NCBI GenBank assembly: GCA_051294375.1
Contig: CM119263.1
Location: 13,127,163-13,191,162, forward strand
DNA length: 64,000 nucleotides
Direction: 5' to 3'
Source: Paraspadella gotoi
Lineage: Eukaryota; Animalia; Chaetognatha
Shown: positions 1-10,300 of the stretch, one piece after another
How the letters are laid out: each line of letters begins with the position of its first letter
Position numbering within the stretch: the first letter of the stretch is position 1
Made by a program: the position numbers and the translations under genes
The notes under the pieces: generated by a model
The model's database searches: none
What the model was told of the DNA's origin: nothing
Seen by the model: the letters and a program-made list of their open reading frames with translations, nothing else

Positions 1-1160
1 ACTCTCTCTCTCTCTCTCTCTCAACTTCTAACTCTGTGAAAACAAGTGTGAGCAAACAATGCCGGATCTGCCCACGATCATTCGCGGTAAAAAATTGATT
101 AATTAGTTAAAACATTAATTAATTAATTTCTTACACGTTAAGTAATAAATAAATTAATTGTTTGTGCAAACCTTTTTGTTTTGAGGTCTTTTCGTTAGGT
201 GACTAACCACAATAAAAACGACGACGTTGATGGCAACGACAACGAGGATAACACCTACCTTGATTAATTGATTGATTGCTTAATTGATTAAATAATTATC
301 TGATCGGATCCGACATTTTTTGCTTAAACTTATTTGTTTTTATATCTTTTTGTCCGGTCACTGACCACGACAAAAGCAACGACGACGGCAATTGCAACGA
401 TTAATTAACTCTTTTATTGATTGATTGATTAATTGAATAATCAATTAATTGATTGATAAAATAATCTATTGATTATTTGATTTGATAAATTACTTGATTG
501 TTTAATTGATTGATTATTTGATTGGTTAATTAATTGATTAATTTATGCAGCTTGCATTTATAATTAATATTAAAAAGAAAAAAAGCATAAACAGTGAATC
601 AATTAATTAATTATTTGATCAGATCTGGCATGTTTGCTCAAACAGTCTTTTCAGTCTTTTTGGTCTTTTCAGTCTTTTCATCGGGTCACCGACCAAGACA
701 AAAGCAACGACGACGATTATGGCGCGGACGAAAATTATAACAACGATGCTGATTGGTAGATTGATTGAATTATTGGTTAATTAGTTGATTGATTTGATTG
801 AATTAATTAATTAATTAGTTAACTGATCAAATCCGGCATTGTTTGCTCAAAGCTGTTTGTTTTTAGATCTTTTCATCTTTTCGTCTTGACAACAGCAACG
901 ACGACCATGATGACGATGAATGATTGATAGATTATTTAATTAAGTATTTAATTTAATTATTAATTAATTAAATAATTCCTTTGTTGATTGAAAAAACAAT
1001 TGATTGATTAATTGATTTATAAATTAATGATAGATTAATTAATTATTAATTGAATAATTATTGCTGCTTGAATTTAAATTTAAAATAAAAAAAGGCATAA
1101 TCATTAAATCAAATAGTGAAACCGGTTTTGAGTTTTTTCCACTTAGACATATTTCCACTC

Positions 1161-2945
1161 TATGGAGGACGCTTTAGGTCACGTGGGTCATGTCTCTGGC
1201 CACCGTGGTAGCCGGTGGTTGTTTAGCCACTGACCTTGCGCTGAGGACACTTGGGCCGACATTTGGCTTTAAATGCGGACAAGCTCACGATGGTAGACAC
1301 AACTCGAAATCTCTGTAATACTTTCTCGTTCACCATTTATTACTGTTAATATTTAACTCCTTGTACATTGTATTAAATGTATCCTGTTTAAACCTGTCTC
1401 CTTATCTTAATTATTCACGTCGCCATATTGGTGATTGCCCGACGATACGAATAAATCACGCAACCTTCCCGAAATCAACCTTTTTAAATTCCAACCAATA
1501 AACTCTCACCCAAAAACCAACTTCTCTCCTCACAATTTTCGCTCCTAACGTTTTGTCCTAAATGTCTTAAATGTCCCAAAATAAACTTTTTCTCCCGTTC
1601 ACAGCCCCTTCAATTGAAACGTGAAATTGTTGAACTACAAACCCAAACCTCCCGCTCCGATAAAGAAAATAAAAAAACAATCCTGTGGTCTATCGAATCT
1701 TGTTTTTCCTTCTACCAAACTTTTCCCCTTGTTATTTCCAAAACTTATGTATTCCAAAATCTAAAAATACGTCTACATCGATCCCTTATTTTCCTTTAAA
1801 CTTTCCCTTACCCCACTTGTTCTGGTTTTTTCTATTAAAAAAAAAATGGCGACAGTAAACTTTACGCAAAAAAATTTTCAGAATCGATTCGAATCTTCAG
1901 TCGCAGATCTTGTATCTCAACCGCCGCCCTATGAGGTTCCCGCCCCAACAACGACGAGTATGAATTCTTTGCAAGACCGCCCCTCTTCGCTACCCGACAC
2001 CCTTCTAAAGAAGTTCCTCCTCAACGAGGAATCCTGAAGCTGTTCGTCAACAAATCAACTGCAAAAGGACGAATGGTTTTCCGATTCCCATCTCTCTTAC
2101 GACTTTATCATTGGCCCCTCCACTTGTCTTGGCGCCAAACAAACTATAACAATTGCCTCAGTCGATATGACCGCACTACAGAAACTTACGTTTTTACTTT
2201 GAGACAAAGACAATTACTGACTTCTTTGACAACGAATTCGAGCGACTCGTTGAAATTTTAATGAACAAATCAACATGTGAAACTACAACGTCGATATTCC
2301 GCCTCATCGACGTCCCGGACGCCTATCTTTCCAGCGCCACTTGCCTTTGGGGCGAACCACTGCTCCAAGCCGCGTTTCTGCTTCAAACCGCACCATCCCA
2401 CAGTTGATGAAATTAAGGTTTGAGCCCATACGTGTTCATCAACCAAGAAGCTGGTGGCGATCTCGCGGCGCTAACTTCCGCAACGCGATCCGACGTCAAC
2501 GGGAAATATGGCCGTCCTCCACTCCTTTCTTATCTGCCCAACTGACGTAGGCGTGGCTTGGGGGGGATGTATGGAGGACGCTTTAGGTCACGTGGGTCAT
2601 GTCTCTGGCCACCGTGGTAGCCGGTGGTTGTTTAGCCACTGACCTTACGCTGAGGACACTTGGGCCGACTTTGGCTTTAAAGCGGACAAGCTCACGATGG
2701 TAGACAACACTCGAAATCTCTGTAATACTTTCTCGTTCACCATTTATTACTGTTAATTTAACTCCTTGTACATTGTATTAAATGTATCGAGGCAACGATC
2801 GAGACGAAGTTCAGAGCAAGAGTGAATTTTATTCGAGTGTCAGAGTTAAAAACAGAAGAAAACGGGAACAAAAGAAGCTAAGTCTACAGTCATTAACAAA
2901 ATAAGAATTGACCACTTGGCCGTACGAATAAATATAAAAACGTTA

Positions 2946-2976
<31 letters not shown>

Positions 2977-3063
2977 GCGTGTTCGTTTCGTCGGTGATTT
3001 GATCAGTTGCCACAGTATCCCATTTAAACCTGTCTCCTTATCTTAATTATTCACGTTGCCATA
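1161..3063 (+). mobile_element. Non-autonomous/degenerate LTR element with TATGG...CCATA termini
   Basis: Near-identical direct repeats 1161-1427 and 2570-3063 (the second is interrupted); 4-bp TSD ACTC (1157-1160, 3064-3067); PBS-like tggtgattgcccgacg at 1429; G-rich PPT 2560-2567; no intact internal ORF. Confidence 0.88.
2789..3014 (-). mobile_element. Solo LTR inserted in the 3' LTR of the 1161-3063 element
   Basis: Absent from the 5' LTR; 5-bp TSD GTATC (2784-2788, 3015-3019); inverted ends ggcaacgatc / gatcagttgccaca; AATAAA on the minus strand. Confidence 0.8.
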
Positions 3064-3325
3064 ACTCGGACGATTCCATCGAAACTCAAACTGAAATTAA
3101 TCGGCCCGTACAATCATGAGCAATTGGCGTTCAAAGCTAAGGGGTGACGGACGGACGGATATAATTTTTTGAAAATCATTTTCTATAATTCGATGTTCTG
3201 AGATGATATAAGTGACTTAACGACAAGAAAATGGGTGGCGACCGACAGACCGTCAAAGTGAATTACTGATCCGGATAAAAATTATTTCACAAATCATTTT
3301 TCAGTGCTGATGGATTACGTCAAAG

Positions 3326-4247
3326 CCGTCGCAATCGCTTAACGTTTGCGACGATATTGTAACGCTTTTGCGCATAAGTGGCGTTGTCGTCGTTGTTGTC
3401 AGCATTGTCGTCGGCGTTCCAAATTATAGATCGCATTTTTATGATTAAATTTGGGTGTATGAAGCTTAAAATTTGGTCAGGACAGTTATTAAATATGTTT
3501 TGTTTATGTTTTATCAAAACAAACAAATTTCCTCTCTTTTATTTTTATGTTTCCTTCTCTCTCTCTTTTCTCTTTAAATTATATGTAGCTCTCTCTTTCT
3601 TTTTCCCAGTGCTTATTCATCGGAAAAAAACGAGTCTGCAGCTGGCTCTGCAAGGGCTCTTTCTTTTTCTCTCTTTTTTCCTGCTGCTTCTGCTGCTGCC
3701 TTCTGACTCTGCTGCTGGCTCTGCAGGGGCTCTCTCTTTTTCTCTCTTTTCTCCTGCTGCTTCTGCTGCTGCTTTTTAATTTCTTTTTTTTTCTCTCTCT
3801 CTCTCTCTCTGCGTTTTTATTTAAAAAAAAAATTAAGCATCGCATTCATGCATGTTATCATTTTGCTATCGTTTTTTTTTCTCAGGGACTGCGTCTGCTG
3901 ATCAGTTTATTTTTTGACAATGAAAAAGTTTTTTATTTTTTTATTCAGAAACTGTAATTTTAATTTTCTTTGGTACTTTTTTTTTTAATTAACAATCGCA
4001 AAATAGATTTTTTCTTTCTGTTTATAATTTTTTATTTTCTCAAATTTTTTTTTCAAGGGCTGCGCCTGCTGATCAGTTTATTTGACAATGACAATTGATA
4101 ATGACAAAAAAAATACTTTTTTTTATAATTGACAATCGCAAAATATAATTTTTCTTTATTTATAAATTAATTTTCTTTTCTCAAATTTTATTTTTTTTAG
4201 TATCAAAATTTGTCATCAATCCAGATTTTTCTTAAGCGATTGCGACG
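3326..4247. mobile_element. MITE-like element with 16-bp inverted repeats
   Basis: cgtcgcaatcgcttaa ... ttaagcgattgcgacg; low-complexity interior with a duplicated ctgcg(t/c)ctgctgatcagtttatt block. Confidence 0.5.
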
Positions 4248-4395
4248 ATCCTTATGCTTTTAAGATTTTTTTGTTTCGAAAAATTCGTTGTAAAAACAAA
4301 TAAATTTGTTTGAGTCAAAGAATTAATTTACTAATGACAGAGTAATTGCTTACTGCTTAATGGTTATCCTGATTTCGAATAAAATATTTTGACAG

Positions 4396-7300
4396 GATAT
4401 ATTCCCTTCATATATGCCCGAATTGTTTAAAAACTTTGTTATGTATTCTGTGGCATTTGCGCCAAGATCATCCCTGACTCTTAGAATAATGAAACGAGTA
4501 CAACAAACATTGCAAGTTTATCGAGTTGTGGATTTTCCAACGGAAACCTCAATGGTTAATGCCCTGAGAGATGGTGAGAAAATTAAAGTATGTTTATTAC
4601 AGGATCAATAGAACCAATAAAAACTTTATTTTGTTTTCTCTTTTAATTTAATACTAAACTAACCTAAAATCAATTATTTTCTGATTTCACAGATCATCAG
4701 TTAGATCTAAGCCAAGGTGTTGGGACATTGATTGCCTCAAAAGAAGAAAAATATTTATGTGGCATCGTTTTCGAAGATTTGGATAAGATGTCACAAAAGA
4801 TTCGAGTGAAAATTCGATTTCCATTCGATTCCTTCAGTTTAACTAATGTATATGATTGGTAAGATCAGAATAATTGGAATGTTTCTCCATATAATCCTAT
4901 TCTCAAGAAAATTTACACTTTAAACTTTACTAGGATATCGCCTGATATTGATTTATGGATAACAAAAACATTTTTCAAATTAGACGACTTTTTAAATCGG
5001 GTAGGGATCTAATTTTTGTTGTTGATTTCTCTCGGGTATATAATTAAAATTCATCTTCACAATTAAACAGGAGTTTACATTTTTAGAAACAGAAAATAAA
5101 CATGGGGTTCATACACCTCCACAATATTACGATAAAGGTAATCAGAATCGTTTCAAAGATTCAAGGATTTTTAGTCGGATCTGCTTATCACCAGATTCCG
5201 ACTCTATAATTCACTTGGTCGGTCTATCGGTCCCACCCCTAAATCTTTTCGGTAAGTGATTTAGATCATGTCAGAATATCGAACTATGATAAATTATGTC
5301 CGTCCTTCCGTCCATCTGTCTGTCTCTCTGTCTCTATGTCCGTCCCACCTTAGCATTAAACTGTTATTATTTGTGATTGGCTAGACGGATTGAGATGAAA
5401 TTTTGTGTGGGTAGGAAAGGGTGTGTTTGAGCTGGATATAAATCGATGGATTCGTGCGAGACAAAATGAGTTTTAATGAAAAATATTCTTGAATTCTTTT
5501 TACTTATAATTTCCTGAAGGCGGCGCTAGCAGTCACTTAGATTGAAGGTTTCTTTATGCAACCAACTATACTATACTATAGGTTTTTTTTATCAGGATAC
5601 TGGGAATATTTTATTCAATTCATTTCATTCAATTCATTTCATTTCATTCAATTCATTTCATTCAATTCCTTTAATTCAATTAATTTCATTAATTTCATTC
5701 AATTCATTTTATTCACCTTATATCATTCAATTCATTTCATTCAACTCATTTTATTAAATTCATTTGATTTCGTTTTATTGATTCATCAAATTAATAATTT
5801 GATATCATCACATTTGTCATCATCGTATCAATAACATGTCATCATCATATCAATAATTGATTTTCATTGCATCAATAATTGGTTATCATAGGATCAATAA
5901 TTCGTTATCATTGCATCAATATTTCATTATTATTGCATCAATAATCAATTACTATCACATCAATAATTAGTTATCGCATCAATCATTCATGGAATTTTTG
6001 CCATATAATTGATTGACTGATTGATAAACCAATTGAAACATTTTTGATAGATTTATAAAGAATTTTTTGATTTATGTTATGATTTGTTTAAAACCTTGGA
6101 AGATTACAAATTGAAAGATTCATCATATGGTGGACTAAAATCCACCAACCGTTCATCAGCGGCCATTGGTGCTGGAGGCAAGTCATTCGCCTCTCAACCC
6201 AAAGGTCCGGGGTTCTAGCCTTGTAGTCGTCTGGCAGTTAAGAGGGACGGGGCGCTTAACCCGCCTGTAACATGGTGTTACAGCCTGATCCGAAGCTCAG
6301 GGACTGCTTATAATGAACGGTTCTGTCACTGACACAACAATAATTACTGTCTCTTCAATCATAATATCTTGTCTGATTAGTTGCTTACTGCTAAATTATC
6401 GTAGGCAGATCCGACATTGTTTTCATCATGAACTAAAGAAACAATGGATATCATTTTAAAATTTTTGATCTGACAATTTTTTTAAGGATTTATTGCTGTA
6501 CAATGGGCCGTTTCCGCAAGTCTTATGCTTGAATTGAATACTAATTCTAAAATTCCTATGGTAGCTGTTCAACAGTTACCTTTCCCTGGTTTTGAAACAG
6601 TTGCGCCGATTCGTGGATTAGATATGATACTTTTAATTGCTTCATACATTTTTTTGTTTATGGGTAAGCTTTAAATATTGACTCTTATTTTCTAAAAGCG
6701 CCTCATTTCATATTAAATTCGGAATTATGTTTGTTTTTAGGTTTAAAGGTTAGGGTTAGGGATTAGGTTATGAATTAGGGTTGGGGATTAGATTAATAAT
6801 TAAGTATTAGGGTTGAGGATAAGTGTTAGGGGTTAAAGTTTTAGGGTTATGGTTAAAGATTAGGCGAGGGATTAGGGTTAGGGATAAGGGTTAAAGATTG
6901 TAGTTGAGCATTGCAACAAGTGATTAGATTTTAATTCACATTAAAAGATCAAAGTTTAAATTATGTTTGTTGATGAAGGATCAGAGATAAGGCACTTTTG
7001 AAAAGAGTGCCAGAAATTGTATTCAAAATGAACCTCATAAAGAGTTTAAAAAAATTTTAACATTTTATTTTAGTTTAATGATAGCATAAAAATTATATTT
7101 TTAGTTTTATATTGTTTATTATTTGTTAGAATGTAGATATGTATTGAAAGTGATGGATTTTACTAAATGAGGATAAAAAAAAATAAAAAAACATATTTTT
7201 TCACCCATAAAAACATTTACCTCTCAGATTTGATTCGAATAGTTGCTTTGGAAAAACAGTCCGGCATGAAAGAAATGTTGTGTATCATGGGTGTCAGCAA

Positions 7301-10300
7301 ATATATTCAATATGCTGCTTGGTGGCTTAGGGCTTTGACGTTAATAACTCCAGTCATGATTTCGTCTATAGTGGCAGTATATATTATTTTTGGAAAATAT
7401 GTGGATATATTTGTAATTATCTTGTTTTTTTTCCTATATTTTATTGCTTTCATTGCTTCGGCGCTTTTTATTATAACTTGGTAATTGTTACTAAATTTTG
7501 CTTGTTTGGTTACAACTATTAGTTAAGATTAATATAAGGTGACCCCTAAGGGTTGCATTTTTTAAAAAAAGTGTTCTGAATAAACCCTATTTAAATGATT
7601 TTTAATTTTTTGAGATTTAACTTTTTTAAATTCATTTACAAACAAAATTTATTTTCAATATCAAAACTTAGAAAAATTGTATTATCTTTACTAATAAATT
7701 CATATCCCCTAAGATATTATATGATACTTAAGTCTATATTAATTAGCTTCAGCACTTGTTTTATTTACCATATTAGAATTATAATGACCCATCTTTATTG
7801 ATACTGTTATCAGTCTAAGCTCTGTGATATTATCATGTTTGGTATATTAACATGATGAGTTGATTTTGCCCTGTCGCAAAAATTTTACAAGTTAACCCCA
7901 GCTGTGACAGAAAATATTTCATTATCATATTATTATTTTATTACCTCAAAATGATAATATTATTATAAGCTGTTTTTCCTGTAGAGCTAAGCTTTCTATG
8001 CATCATAATGCTGCTTGGGGACATGGACATCTTGTCTGATAAGCATATTGCCTAATTTTTCTATAATATTCTCTTACTTATTTTCATCACTTCTGACTTC
8101 TTGTTTTGAAATTTTTAGGTTGTCTAAAAAAATAGCCTTTAAATCCAACATAAGTAAATATTATCATTCCTCATTTTGACCACCTATTCTTTTTTTCGTG
8201 GTGCATCTTTACAGACACAGAAAACGTTTTGCTCTCATTGGTAACGTTAATGGAGACTCAAAATCAATGCCAAATCTTTTTTCATTGATTTGGGCGCAAA
8301 GAGTACTGAGACCTTATCTCTTCTGGCTCATTGTGAACTTATTTTGTAATATATGTATATTTTTTCAAATCTATGAAAAATTATAGGAAATTAACTATTT
8401 TTACTCAAAATACAATTATGGAGTGTTTTTTATATTAGTTAAAGATTACACATGGGAGTACAGGTACAATATTTTTTATTAATGACCAATATTAAAAATA
8501 TTATTTATTTTTTTTAATTCTTTTTTTTTTTTCTATGAAGGGATTTCTTTCATCATTTTCTTTTCTATTGTTTTTTTTTAAATGATATAAAGTACAAACA
8601 CTGGTTTTACAGAGTTTGGAATCAAAACTTCGAATTTTATTTAAATGGCAAGAGAATTTTTTGTTATTATAAAAATTATTATAAAAGAGCTCAAATGAAA
8701 GTTTAGTATTTTCTTTAACCTTGCCCAAAATATCATGTGATGTCAGAACGAATAAAAATGGATGAAAGGACAATAAGGAAAAATAAAGACAGTATGCTTA
8801 TCAATATATCCATGCCCCTAGCAACCTTATGATGTAATTATAATGCAAAAAAAGCTTTGCTCTTCAGGAAAAACTACCTATACTTATACTACTTTTGAGA
8901 TAATAAAATATTTTCTGTCAATGCTGCGGTTAACTTGTTAAATTATTGAGACAAGGTAAAATCAGTCAGCTATTACTATACCAAACATTGTTATATCATG
9001 ACGTTTGGGCTAATGACAAGAGATACTATAAAAATGGGTCATTATAATTTTATTATGGTCAATAAAACAAGTTGGTCTATATCAGTTCTGTCTTTGTCAG
9101 ACGGTACAAAGAAAAAAAAAGATCTGTTATGTTTCTCTATCTTTCTCTCAACAATGTTAGATTTGCCAAAGATAATTTAATTGTAATAAAATAATTGATT
9201 GGCTGAGTGATCAGTTAATTTAATTATTTATTTATTGATACTTTTATTGATTTAATAAAGAATCTGTTATGAGTAACATTAATATGATGGAAAGTTTTAA
9301 TTAACCTAAACCAGGATTTTTGTATTGCTGTATTATTGATTGACTTATTGTTCGATTGAGAAACAAGTTTGAGCAAACAATGCCGGATCTGCCCACGATC
9401 ATTAGCGGTCAGTTAATTAATTAATTTGATCTGACTTAGTTTGTTTTAGGTCTTTTCGTCACTGATCACGGAAAAAGCAACGACGACGATGAGGACGACG
9501 ACAATAACGCCAATAATGATTTATTGATTGATTGAATCATTAATTTATTGAAAAATAAATTGTTTCAATAAATTATTGATTGATTAATTGACTGATTAAT
9601 TAATTATTGATTAATTAATTGAATAATTGATTTATTAACTGATTAATTATTTGATAAATTAATACATATTGCATTTACATTTAATATAAAAAGAAAAAGA
9701 AGCATTATCAATTAGTGAAACAGGTTTTTCGTTTTTTCTATATAAACTCATTTCCACTCGGACGATTCCGTTGAAACTTGATTTCCAGCTTAATCACACA
9801 CTTTCCTACATACAAAATTTCAAGTCAATCTCCCCATACAAACATGACTAATTGGCGTTTAAAGCTAAGGTGGGACGGACGGACAGCAATTTTTTGGCAG
9901 AATTTATAATTTGATGTTCTGACATGACTTATTGTCATGCCTTGAGGGGCGGAGCGACTGACGGACAAAGCAAATTATAGAGCCGGTATCTGCTGTTAGC
10001 AGATCCGGCTAAAAAATCTGTTATGATTTATGTTCTGATCTGTTGTTATGTTTCTTTCTCTCTCTCGATCATACATTGCTGCTCAAAATTTTCACATAAT
10101 TATCTTTAAAATTTCTTAAATAAACATTATTAATTAAATATAAAATATACAAAATATATATATTTTTAATTTAAGGGAATTTTTTATAAAAGATGTAAAC
10201 AAACAATTTAAACAAACTTGAGCCTACTCATTTTTTTGGTTGATTTATAGGGTGAGCAGTGCATTAGCCGCAACAGTTATCGGAGCTTTTCTTTATGTGG

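Larger units (their letters stand above)
40..3281 (-). mobile_element. DINE-1/Helentron-like non-autonomous element (family A), interrupted by an LTR element
   Basis: Starts aacaagtgtgagcaaacaatgccggatctgccc like other copies; the family sequence atttccACTC|ggacgattcc is split at 1160/3064; ends ...aaagtgaattactgatccggataaaaa. Confidence 0.7.

Noticed and set aside
3378-3845. ORFs of 133 and 88 aa
   Set aside because: Low-complexity CT/CTG repeats inside a MITE-like element; no domain signal.
6159-6230. Functional tRNA-Glu gene
   Set aside because: The anticodon and D stems do not pair properly and the T-loop is altered; treated as a tRNA-derived head.
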